Assembly (NCBI GenBank): GCA_035400625.1
Contig: DAOMZT010000002.1
Coordinates: 120,001 to 152,000, forward strand
From: an archaeon
GTDB lineage: Archaea > Iainarchaeota > Iainarchaeia > Iainarchaeales > CSSED10-239
Direction of reading: 5' to 3'
DNA: 32,000 nt
The notes below the pieces were generated by a model. That model was given only the letters and a program-made list of their open reading frames with translations, was not told the DNA's origin and searched no databases. Position 1 is the first letter of the stretch, and each line of letters begins with the position of its first letter. Below, in pieces: positions 1 to 11,201 of this stretch. Made by a program: the position numbers and the translations under genes.

Positions 1-423
1 TTCAACAACACCAACAGAACGAGCTAATTCTTTATCACCAAATAATAAAGCAGCTTTTTCAAGACCTCCGACTTCACTTATTACTCTTTTTGTACCATAC
101 GCTCTTGCAGTATCTTCAAAACCAAATACCTTTAAAGTTTCGTTAACAGGAATTCCCTTTGCTCTTAATTGTCTAGCATCAATTCCTCTTTCTAACAGCG
201 CCATTTTTCTACTTGGTTGAGTTTTTGAAAATTTAAGAGCAACATCAACTCTTGCTTTATCAAAAGACCTTATACTTTTTTTAAAAGCTCTTGTTGTATT
301 TTTCCCTTGTGCTTTCTTTAATGAAACAACTCCTTTAGGACTTGTTTTTTTAACAATATTAGGATTTAATATTCTTCCTGTTTTTGTTCTTATCATTGGT
401 CTTGGTTTTGGTGCTCCTGGCAT
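1..423 (-). CDS. hypothetical protein, N-terminal 141 codons only (ORF continues past the left window edge); very basic N-terminus MPGAPKPRPMIRTKTGR
   Basis: Hand translation of the minus strand from ATG (421-423) shows no in-frame stop down to position 1. A GGAGATGAT Shine-Dalgarno-like motif (plus 430-438) lies 6 nt upstream of the ATG. Absent from the supplied ORF track, presumably because it is truncated. No family recognised. Confidence 0.6.
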   Translation of the reverse strand, partial: MPGAPKPRPMIRTKTGRILNPNIVKKTSPKGVVSLKKAQGKNTTRAFKKSIRSFDKARVDVALKFSKTQPSRKMALLERGIDARQLRAKGIPVNETLKVFGFEDTARAYGTKRVISEVGGLEKAALLFGDKELARSVGVVE

Positions 424-520
424 ATTTTAATCATCTCCATTATTATTTAATTATCTCTATAATAATAAAAAACAATAACATTTAAAAATAGTGTGATGAC
501 AAAAAAAGATTGTAAATTTT

Positions 521-564
521 AAAAAAAGAAATCCGTTTTAAAAGTTTTAAATTTAATTACGGAT
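521..564 (-). terminator. putative terminator of the 23S rRNA transcript (hairpin plus U-tract)
   Basis: Inverted repeat atccgt (531-536) / acggat (559-564) around an A/T loop. On the minus strand it is followed by UUUCUUUUUUU (plus-strand A-rich run 521-530). Sits immediately 3' of the outer rRNA processing stem. Confidence 0.35.
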
Positions 565-575
565 AAAGAAAGTAA

Positions 576-617
576 GTAATTTGTGCTACGAAACTGTCTA
601 GCTATAAGATTTGACCT
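576..617 (-). other. 3' flank half of the pre-23S rRNA processing helix
   Basis: gtaatttgtgc (576-586) is the exact reverse complement of gcacaaattac (3701-3711). tttgacct (610-617) is the exact reverse complement of aggtcaaa (3669-3676). The two halves bracket the 23S gene. Confidence 0.6.
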
Positions 618-642
618 CTTTATATTTGTTCGAATCATATTT

Positions 643-3637
<2,995 letters not shown>

Positions 3638-3668
3638 TTTGTAAAAATACTTTTCTCTCATTTATAAT

Positions 3669-3711
3669 AGGTCAAAAATTATGTTTAAACTTGACACATG
3701 GCACAAATTAC
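3669..3711 (-). other. 5' flank half of the pre-23S rRNA processing helix
   Basis: Complementary to 576-617 (see that feature). Lies about 30-75 nt upstream of the mature 5' end. Confidence 0.6.
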
Positions 3712-4080
3712 TACTCTCTCATCCCGTAAACATAAAATGCGAAAGATATCCATATAGAATATTTTTCGTCAAATTCTGTTCTAAAAAATTTAAAACGGTC
3801 GAATTCCCTGCTAAAATAACTTAGCCGGAATATCTAATATATGTTAGCATAGGTTTATAAATAGATCGTCAGTTCTCCCCGATTCTCGCTTTAATTCCAA
3901 AATAAAGCAAAATTCTGGCTTATTTTTATTTAGAGGATGGATTAGCCCCTTTTACAGAAAATAAAGTGTTTAAATTTAATTTTGTGGCAAAAAAAGCAAC
4001 CAATATCCTTATTTTATAGTTTTTTGATAATCTAGTTATAAAAAAATTTATATTATTTAATAAACATATTGTAATAGATA

Positions 4081-4088
4081 TTATATAT
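4081..4088 (+). promoter_or_regulatory. TATA-box-like element for the GTPase gene
   Basis: ttatatat ends 24 nt before the ATG at 4112, the spacing expected for a leaderless archaeal mRNA. Confidence 0.4.
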
Positions 4089-4102
4089 CAGATAAAATAG
4101 AA

Positions 4103-5308
4103 GTGAATTTTATGATTATTGGCATTGTAGGAAAACCTAATGTTGGAAAAACAACTTTCTTTAAGGCCCTTACCTTAATGGATGCTGAAGCAGCAAATTA
4201 TCCATTTACAACCATAGACCCAAATAAAGGTATTGGTTTTGTGAGAAATCCTTGTGTAGATACTTTCTTTAATACCCAATGTAACCCAAGACATGGCTAT
4301 TGTAAAGAGCACACAAGATTTTTACCAATTGATATTATTGATGTTGCAGGTCTTGTTCCTGGTGCAAGCGAAGGAAGAGGCCTTGGTAATAAGTTTCTAA
4401 CAGACCTTTATCAAGCAGAAGCATTAATACAAGTAATAGATATCTCTGGAAGCACAGATGAAGAAGGAAGACCTGTTGCCCTTGGTGCATATGATCCTGC
4501 CAATGAGATTTCTTTTCTTTTAAAGGAAATAGAAAATTGGCTTTATGGCATATTTAAGAAAAACTTTGAAAAGCTTGGAAGAGAACAGCAACTGCGAAAA
4601 ATTAAAACCTTTAATACTCTTTTATCTTTCATGAGCGGTATGGGCATCTCTGAAAAAATTCTTGAAACAAATCTTAAACAATTAAATCTTAATGAGAAAG
4701 AAATCATTAACTGGACAGAAGATGAACTTTGGAACTTTACAAGAAAGATTAGAGAAGCCACAAAACCAATTATCATTGCCGCAAACAAAATAGATATGCC
4801 AAACTCTAAAGAAAGACTTGAAAATTTAAAAGAAAGATTTCCTGAGCTTTTAATTGTTGGTTGCTCTGCTGAAAGCGAACTTGCTTTGAAAAATGCAGAC
4901 AAAAACAAAATAATTGACTATTTGCCAGGCAGTAATACTTTTAAAATCTTAAAAGAAGATATTCCTGAAAAACAAAAAGCGGGGCTTGACTTTATTCAAA
5001 AAAACATTCTTGATAAATTCGGCTCAACTGGTGTTCAAGAAATTCTAGATAAATGCGCATTTGATATTTTAAAATATATTGCGGTATATCCTGGTGGAAC
5101 CAAAAGCCTAAAGGACAAGAACGGAAATGTTTTGCCTGATTGTTTTTTAATGCCACCAAATTCAACAACACTTGACTTTGCTTATAAGCTTCATACAGAC
5201 TTTGGTGATAACTTTATCAAAGCAATTGATGTAAAAACAAAGATGCTTCTTGGTAAAGAACATCAACTAAAGAATAATGATGTTATAGAAATAGTTTCTG
5301 GAAAATAA
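4103..5308 (+). CDS. Obg-family GTPase of the Ygr210/MJ1332-like type with C-terminal TGS domain
   Basis: G1 GKPNVGKT, G3 DVAGLV, G4 NKID, an ANYPFTTIDPN switch region, and a Cys/His cluster insertion PCVDTFFNTQCNPRHGYCKEH. The C-terminal TGS-like end reads KEHQLKNNDVIEIV. The track start at 4103 is GTG; the ATG at 4112 is the more likely start given the TATA spacing. Confidence 0.85.
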   Translation: MNFMIIGIVGKPNVGKTTFFKALTLMDAEAANYPFTTIDPNKGIGFVRNPCVDTFFNTQCNPRHGYCKEHTRFLPIDIIDVAGLVPGASEGRGLGNKFLTDLYQAEALIQVIDISGSTDEEGRPVALGAYDPANEISFLLKEIENWLYGIFKKNFEKLGREQQLRKIKTFNTLLSFMSGMGISEKILETNLKQLNLNEKEIINWTEDELWNFTRKIREATKPIIIAANKIDMPNSKERLENLKERFPELLIVGCSAESELALKNADKNKIIDYLPGSNTFKILKEDIPEKQKAGLDFIQKNILDKFGSTGVQEILDKCAFDILKYIAVYPGGTKSLKDKNGNVLPDCFLMPPNSTTLDFAYKLHTDFGDNFIKAIDVKTKMLLGKEHQLKNNDVIEIVSGK

Positions 5309-5310
5309 GT

Positions 5311-5787
5311 TTATCTAACTACAGGTCTTCTTACCATTGGTCTTTTCATCATTGGTTTTTTTGGCTTTGGTTTTGGCCTAGGTTTTGCTTTTTTAACAAC
5401 TTTTTTAGGTGCAACTTTTTGTTTTTTTTGTTGTCTTCTTACTTTTAATCTTTCTATAAATTTCTTTTTAAGATCGTCTGAAATAAGATCAGATATTTTT
5501 TCTAATTGTTCTTTTAGTCTGTCGTCTTCCTTTTTATTTCTAGTATCATCTATATCTAATATTTGATCTATACTAGTGATTTTGCCAAGAAATGTTTTAA
5601 TTTGATAAACTGATAAAGATTCTAAATCTAATATTACTCTCTTATCAAATGGGTTTTTATAAAATATAAAAATTAGTTTGTTCTCGCCATTTATTTTGGT
5701 ATTAAAGATTTTACCAGACCTGTTTTTTAATGCATCAAAAAAAATAGAATATATTTCTCTAGCGCTTAAATCTCTAATTCTTTTCAT
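5311..5787 (-). CDS. hypothetical protein with K/R/P-rich C-terminal tail
   Basis: 158-aa ORF with ATG start, 19 nt downstream of the preceding co-directional gene. Tail is KKQKVAPKKVVKKAKPRPKPKPKKPMMKRPMVRRPVVR. No family recognised. Confidence 0.65.
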   Translation of the reverse strand: MKRIRDLSAREIYSIFFDALKNRSGKIFNTKINGENKLIFIFYKNPFDKRVILDLESLSVYQIKTFLGKITSIDQILDIDDTRNKKEDDRLKEQLEKISDLISDDLKKKFIERLKVRRQQKKQKVAPKKVVKKAKPRPKPKPKKPMMKRPMVRRPVVR

Positions 5788-5806
5788 ATTATCCTATTTT
5801 TTAATT

Positions 5807-6559
5807 TTATTTTTTTCTTTTACTTAATTTTGACTTTAAAGAAGTTGCATAGTCTTTTACTGTCTTTCTTCTAAAATCACGAGTAACAGGATCAAGCTCA
5901 TAACCAGGCATTGACAAATGTTTAATATTAAAACCAAATGCCTCTTTTAGTGCAGCCTCATAATATATTGCTGGGCGATCTGTCTTTCCTATAAAGTTAT
6001 CGATAAAAGAATTAAACTTTGCTTCTGTTTTATAATTGTAGTTATTTTTATGACTTTCTATAGCTGCATTAGAAACTCCAATTACTGTATAACCCATTAC
6101 TTTTCCAGTTTTAGCATCTGTTACTGCAATTGCAAACCTATTAATACCATTTTGCCTAATTGCATTTAAAATCCCAAAAACACTACTCCTCCTTGGAAGC
6201 GAATTTGGTATGTGTGGCGCTCTTGGATCTCCTAGGTTATTTTTAATCTGAATAAGTGTTGAATTTCCAAATTTGTTTTTTGCATCTGCATGTATTGTTT
6301 TTTTAATTTGTTCAATCTTTCCATAATCTGTTTTAGATTTAAATTCGTTTGGTTCTAAAGTTACATCATAATATGCGTGTTTGTTTCCTGTTAATTCTGA
6401 ATATTTTAAATCTTTCTTTGAAACTCTTAATACAGTAGCTACATTTTTATCTATACTTTTTTTAGTCCTCCCCTCTATTATTTTTCTTAAGGGTTGTTGC
6501 CTTTTTATTTTTGTAGATTGTGGTTTTATTCTTACACTTCTTGCTTTTAATACAGCCAT
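5807..6559 (-). CDS. hypothetical protein with basic N- and C-termini
   Basis: 250-aa ORF with ATG start, 52 nt downstream of leuS on the same strand. No family recognised. Confidence 0.7.
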   Translation of the reverse strand: MAVLKARSVRIKPQSTKIKRQQPLRKIIEGRTKKSIDKNVATVLRVSKKDLKYSELTGNKHAYYDVTLEPNEFKSKTDYGKIEQIKKTIHADAKNKFGNSTLIQIKNNLGDPRAPHIPNSLPRRSSVFGILNAIRQNGINRFAIAVTDAKTGKVMGYTVIGVSNAAIESHKNNYNYKTEAKFNSFIDNFIGKTDRPAIYYEAALKEAFGFNIKHLSMPGYELDPVTRDFRRKTVKDYATSLKSKLSKRKK

Positions 6560-6611
6560 ATTATCACCATTTCTAATAATATAGTTAGTTGATGGATTTA
6601 TAAACTTTGCT

Positions 6612-9470
6612 TTACTCTACAAGTATACCAACTTTCCCTGGAAGGCAGGCTTTGGCCTTTGGGTGATTACTACCTTCTGCTTTTATAACCTCAATATTAC
6701 ATTCTAAGCATTTTGAGAAGAAATCCCTTGCAAACATATAAATTGAAAACTCCTTATTTTGACAATCTGGAGCAAAAAGCAAACTAGGATTTTTAATTGC
6801 AGAAGTTATTATTTTACTTACTGTTTCTTTGTGATCTGGATATTTGTCCAAGAAATAATGCATTAGCTCTTTTACATTTCTATTTTGTTTAACCTCTATT
6901 TCATTTTTTAGTTCCTTGAAAAAATCATAATGCCAACTTTCTGAAATAAAAAGTGTGATTTTCTTTGGGTTTTCAACTCCTGACATCTTCATTACATTTC
7001 TAATTTCAGATATTGTTTTTTCTACCCTTTTTTCTTCTTCTATTATCTGATCATTTATCTTCTTAATGTCTGCTTTTGGAAAACTTGATAAAGAGACTAG
7101 TTCTTTTCCACCAAGCATTTCATTTAGTTCTTCTGCTAAATGAGGAGTGAACAACCCAAATGTTAATGTCCATTGCCCTAATATTTCCTTTAGAAGATCT
7201 TTATTGCAACCGCCTCTATTTCTATACCATGAAAGATCATTATAAAAATTAAAATAAATATCATCTGTGGTGTTCTTGAACTCTATTATTTCCATATTTG
7301 CAATTATAGACTTTAATCTTGTGTTCCACATAGACTCTAGCCAAGAATCAAGTCTTGTATCTTTGTTATTTTCTTTGTCTTCAATTATTTCTTCTATTAA
7401 GTTATAAATTTTATCAAGTCTTTGCTTGTAGTTAATTAAGTCTTCTTTTTCAAAAGAAATATCAACAAAAGGATTTGCAATGTTTGCATAGAACAGTCTC
7501 ATAGCATCTACTGAATATGTTTTTGCTTCATCACTTAGACTTCCTACTCCCCCTTTTGATTTTGAGATTTTCCCTACTTTTGAGACTACCCACCAATTAA
7601 CAAATATTCCTTTAGGGTAATATTTCTCAGGTAGTACGGCAACATGGTTCATCAAGAAAACAGGGAAATGAACTGTTTGATGTTCTTTTCCTCCAAGATT
7701 AATATCTAACGGATACCAATATTCTACATCTTTTCTTATTTGTTCAGCAAGAGACTTATCAACACCTGTGTCTTCAGGTTTGCCTTTTCCAAGATAAACA
7801 TAGTCAAAGAAACTTTCTGTCAATTGTTCGCTTTTTAGTTTTCCTTCATTAACATATTTGCTCACCAAGTAATAGATTGGATAAAGCGTGCTGTCAGCTA
7901 TTGGTTCAATAGTGTAGCTTTCATCAAAAGGCAATTTTGTTCCAAGCCATCTTCCTTGCCTTGCACAAGCCCTTGGACCAAACCAATCAAGAATGCCTGG
8001 AAGGTTTTGCTTGAATTGTTCAGGCAAAAGTGTCATTTTTTCTACATATTTCTTTGTTTTTTCTGTTAACTTCTCATTATCATAATCTATAAACCACTGG
8101 TCAGGAACTTTCTTGATAAACACCTTGCCACCACATCTACAAAGAACTTCTTCTGATAAGTCATAGAAAATATCAGCTTGGCCTTTTGCTATCAAATCTT
8201 CTTTCATTTTGTTTTTTGCATCTTCTACTTTCATGCCAGAGAATTCTTGGCAACTAGAAAGAAGCACACCTGTGTGAAAGCCTTTCTTGTAGACTTCTTT
8301 TTTAGCAAGCTCAAGTTTTTCTGTATCGTCTTGTGACTTGATTCCAAACTTTTCACAAATCTCAATAGCAGCAAATTCGCCAAAGTCTTTTGATTTGATT
8401 ATTGGTATTGGCTTAATGTTTTTGATTGTTTCCCAATCAAGTCCATATTTTTTACATTCCTCTTCTGAAGACTGAAGATCATGAAGACCTATATAATCTG
8501 CTGGTGCATCAGAAGGCACAGAAGTAACAATGCCTGTTCCTACATCTGGATCGCAAAATTTTGATGGAAGGATTATTATCTCTCTATTGACATATGGGGC
8601 AAGACAATATTTACCAAGCAGATCTTTTCCAGACACCTGTCCAACAATTTGTACATCTTCGTCTTTTTGATATTTCAACTTGTCAGCAAATTCCTTGCTT
8701 GCTATCCAAATTTCCTTTCCAACAGCAACCTTTACATAATTAACATTAGGATCTAGCCAGATATTTGTTTGCCCAAACATTGTTTCAGGTCTTAGTGTCG
8801 CTACAACAATAAACTGATTAGGCTGTTGATATTGAAGCTTAATTATTGTATACTCGTTCTTTTCTGCATTTCCGCCTTTGGAAAGATCCATTTCAGAAGG
8901 GTCAACAGCAACAGGCCCACATTTTGGGCAGTATGTTGCGTAATAGGGTGCTTGTATTAGAAGGCCAAGTTCTTTTAGCTTTTTAAATTGCCACTCAATA
9001 AATTTATTATAATCAGGATAAGTAGTTACAGTAAATCTTCTCCAGTCCCCAATAAACCCAAAATTTTTGTAATCCTCTACATATCTTTTAGAAAAGAAAT
9101 CTACAAAGCCTTCTGCAGGTGATATTTGTTTTATATCTTCTTCTGTTAATCCAGCATCTTTATAATATTCTATTGTCTCTTTGTCTTTTTCAGAAATCTT
9201 TTTAGCCTTAGCAACTGCTGAGTTTCCTGATGCGTGTCCTCCTGCAGGAAGCAAGACATTATAGCCATTCATTCTCTTAAATCTAGCTATCGCATCAGCA
9301 TAGGAAAAACCTCTCATATGCCCAACATGATGGAATCCAGAAACAGTAAGATATGCCCAAATTATAAAGTATTTTGGTTTACCAGAGATTGGCTCAACCT
9401 CGCCTATCTTTTGTTCTTCCCAAACATTTTGCCATTTCTTTTCTGCTTTTGAAAAATCATAAGTACTCAT
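6612..9470 (-). CDS. leuS: leucine--tRNA ligase (archaeal-type LeuRS)
   Basis: 952 aa. HIGH-type motif FHHVGHMRG and KMSKS-type motif KISKSKG. An editing-domain-sized insertion lies between the Rossmann halves. Overall length is typical of archaeal LeuRS. Confidence 0.95.
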   Translation of the reverse strand: MSTYDFSKAEKKWQNVWEEQKIGEVEPISGKPKYFIIWAYLTVSGFHHVGHMRGFSYADAIARFKRMNGYNVLLPAGGHASGNSAVAKAKKISEKDKETIEYYKDAGLTEEDIKQISPAEGFVDFFSKRYVEDYKNFGFIGDWRRFTVTTYPDYNKFIEWQFKKLKELGLLIQAPYYATYCPKCGPVAVDPSEMDLSKGGNAEKNEYTIIKLQYQQPNQFIVVATLRPETMFGQTNIWLDPNVNYVKVAVGKEIWIASKEFADKLKYQKDEDVQIVGQVSGKDLLGKYCLAPYVNREIIILPSKFCDPDVGTGIVTSVPSDAPADYIGLHDLQSSEEECKKYGLDWETIKNIKPIPIIKSKDFGEFAAIEICEKFGIKSQDDTEKLELAKKEVYKKGFHTGVLLSSCQEFSGMKVEDAKNKMKEDLIAKGQADIFYDLSEEVLCRCGGKVFIKKVPDQWFIDYDNEKLTEKTKKYVEKMTLLPEQFKQNLPGILDWFGPRACARQGRWLGTKLPFDESYTIEPIADSTLYPIYYLVSKYVNEGKLKSEQLTESFFDYVYLGKGKPEDTGVDKSLAEQIRKDVEYWYPLDINLGGKEHQTVHFPVFLMNHVAVLPEKYYPKGIFVNWWVVSKVGKISKSKGGVGSLSDEAKTYSVDAMRLFYANIANPFVDISFEKEDLINYKQRLDKIYNLIEEIIEDKENNKDTRLDSWLESMWNTRLKSIIANMEIIEFKNTTDDIYFNFYNDLSWYRNRGGCNKDLLKEILGQWTLTFGLFTPHLAEELNEMLGGKELVSLSSFPKADIKKINDQIIEEEKRVEKTISEIRNVMKMSGVENPKKITLFISESWHYDFFKELKNEIEVKQNRNVKELMHYFLDKYPDHKETVSKIITSAIKNPSLLFAPDCQNKEFSIYMFARDFFSKCLECNIEVIKAEGSNHPKAKACLPGKVGILVE

Positions 9471-9492
9471 TAATAATCACTCTAAAATATAA

Positions 9493-9500
9493 TATATAAA
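9493..9500 (-). promoter_or_regulatory. TATA box (TTTATATA on the minus strand) for leuS
   Basis: Perfect archaeal TATA consensus, with 22 nt between the box and the leuS ATG at 9470, implying a leaderless transcript. Confidence 0.5.
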
Positions 9501-9526
9501 TAATAGAGTAAAAATATATAAAAAGA

Positions 9527-9550
9527 AATTGTTTATGTAAATAAACAATT
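9527..9550 (-). terminator. hairpin plus U-rich tract downstream of the 311-aa secreted protein gene
   Basis: Perfect 10-bp stem aattgtttat / ataaacaatt with loop gtaa, abutting the TAA stop (9550-9552). On the minus strand it is followed by UUCUUUUUAUAUAUUUUU. Confidence 0.45.
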
Positions 9551-10485
9551 TATGGCACATCTGAAAGATCTTTCTTTTTCCTAGAATACATAAACAATGC
9601 CAAAACAACTACTGCTAAAATTCCAGCTCCAATTATCATTAGATTTCTTGGCGAAAAGGTAAGTAATGCAGTTGCCTTGCTTTTTAAGCTGTTTGCTTTT
9701 TCTGATAAATTTTCTTGATCTTTATTTTCTGTGGCTTTTTCTCCTGTCACCACGTCTCTTGTATTGTAATTAGAATTTGCTTTTTTGTAGGTTACTCGGT
9801 TATTAAAAGAATCAAAATCTTTAAGATCTTCTGAATTTTGTTTTGTTGCCGTTGTTATAGGCATCTCTTGTAATTCTTGGGTTTCCTTTATCTTTATAGA
9901 ATCTGTAAACTTTAAATTTGAATTTTCTAATGAAAGTGTAGGTGTTGTTACAAACAATATATATTTCTCATTAGTTCCTGGCTTTAGTGTCATATCTAAT
10001 GTTAATGTTCCTGAATTAAAAGTATAGCCTGTTGTTAATAAAACATAACACAAATATTTTTCTTCTTCATCTGTATTTACTTTTATTCTGTTGCCATTAT
10101 ATACTAAAATCTCGCCATTATTAGAAACACAATCATAATCTGACAAAGCATCTGCAACAAAAACTCCTATTTTTTTAAGTTGTTCTTTATCTATTATTCC
10201 TGTATCTAGCTCATATCTGCCAATAACAGAATAATCAAGTTTATTAGTAAAATCATATCTTGAAATCAGTGATTGTCCACCTACAATGCTTATTTCTTCA
10301 TTTGTTCTAATCTTTATTGAACTTGGAATTACCTTGTAGTCACTTAATAAACGCATTGATAAAGGCGATTCTATTTTGACATTATATTTATCAGTTTCTA
10401 ATGTCACATAATCTTGAGCAAAAACTGCTCCTGAAATTAAGATTATTGCCAACACACTTAATATTATTTTTTTCATAATCATCAC
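9550..10485 (-). CDS. secreted protein with Sec-type signal peptide and C-terminal transmembrane anchor
   Basis: N-terminus MKKIILSVLAIILISGAVFAQD. C-terminus LMIIGAGILAVVVLALFMYSRKKK. The track start is GTG (10485); ATG codons at 10482 and 10476 are likelier starts. No family recognised. Confidence 0.75.
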   Translation of the reverse strand: MMIMKKIILSVLAIILISGAVFAQDYVTLETDKYNVKIESPLSMRLLSDYKVIPSSIKIRTNEEISIVGGQSLISRYDFTNKLDYSVIGRYELDTGIIDKEQLKKIGVFVADALSDYDCVSNNGEILVYNGNRIKVNTDEEEKYLCYVLLTTGYTFNSGTLTLDMTLKPGTNEKYILFVTTPTLSLENSNLKFTDSIKIKETQELQEMPITTATKQNSEDLKDFDSFNNRVTYKKANSNYNTRDVVTGEKATENKDQENLSEKANSLKSKATALLTFSPRNLMIIGAGILAVVVLALFMYSRKKKDLSDVP

Positions 10486-10548
10486 ATCTATATGTTCTTC
10501 TAAACTATAGAATATATTACAATTAGTTATTTAAAACTTACCTTTAGA

Positions 10549-11190
10549 TTATTTGTGTTTTAGAATAAGTATGTGTTTTTCTTTCTTTGGATTTCCTTTA
10601 TTGTACAAGTATTCTTCTGCATTTAAACCTACTCTTTGAAAACTAGAAATTAGAATTTCAGACATTTCCTTTCTTGGCGGGTAGTATTGTATGAAAATCC
10701 ATCCCTTTTCTTTAAGCATTGATTTTAGGTCTTTTCCTAAAGTCTTTATTTTATTTTTAATCTCCATATCCTGCTTGTTGGCTAATATCCATTGAAGAGC
10801 AGATATTGATATTATCAAATCATATTTACGGTTTTTTATTACTTTAGGGATGTCTTCAAAACCACCTAAAAGAACGCTAAAGCCTTTTTCTTTAGAAAGC
10901 AAAAGCATTTCTTTCGCAGGTTCAATACCTTCTAGATTATTATAGCCAATTGCTTTGAAAAACTCTAGAGAAAAGCCAGTTCCACAACCAATATCTAGAA
11001 TAGAAATATCTTTTGAGTAGTTTTTTGTTTCTTCTAGAAAGAGATTCAAAATAATATTTGTTAATTCAGTTTGTGCTTTTTTCATGCCAGAATTAGAATC
11101 ATATCTTTTCGCTTCAACTTTTGTATAAAAATCATTTGGATTTTCAAATTCTGTTTCTGGAGTATTATTTGCCATAATTATTTTTACCAT
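10549..11190 (-). CDS. class I SAM-dependent methyltransferase, Bud23/WBSCR22-like (small-subunit rRNA m7G type)
   Basis: SAM motif I ILDIGCGTGFS. N-terminal FYTKVEAKRYDSNS resembles Bud23 FYNDSEAHKY. ISISALQWI resembles Bud23 ISISAIQWL. IQYYPPRKE resembles AQFYPKNDD. The comparison is to the yeast Bud23 sequence from memory. Confidence 0.75.
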   Translation of the reverse strand: MVKIIMANNTPETEFENPNDFYTKVEAKRYDSNSGMKKAQTELTNIILNLFLEETKNYSKDISILDIGCGTGFSLEFFKAIGYNNLEGIEPAKEMLLLSKEKGFSVLLGGFEDIPKVIKNRKYDLIISISALQWILANKQDMEIKNKIKTLGKDLKSMLKEKGWIFIQYYPPRKEMSEILISSFQRVGLNAEEYLYNKGNPKKEKHILILKHK

Positions 11191-11201
11191 AATTAATTGT
11201 T

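Noticed and set aside
424-642. Possible 5S rRNA or tRNA downstream of the 23S gene, and similarly in 3712-4102 upstream
   Set aside because: Both spacers are strongly A/T-rich, with no GC-rich helices, no tRNA-like cloverleaf and no 5S loop motifs that I could find by eye. This was only a manual check.
6612-9470. Intein or other insertion in LeuRS, and likewise in the ATPase at 14632-16413
   Set aside because: The LeuRS length (952 aa) and motif spacing are normal for archaeal enzymes. No Cys/Ser...HN-Cys intein junction blocks were seen. The extra N-terminal domain of the ATPase is a Cys-cluster domain, not an intein.
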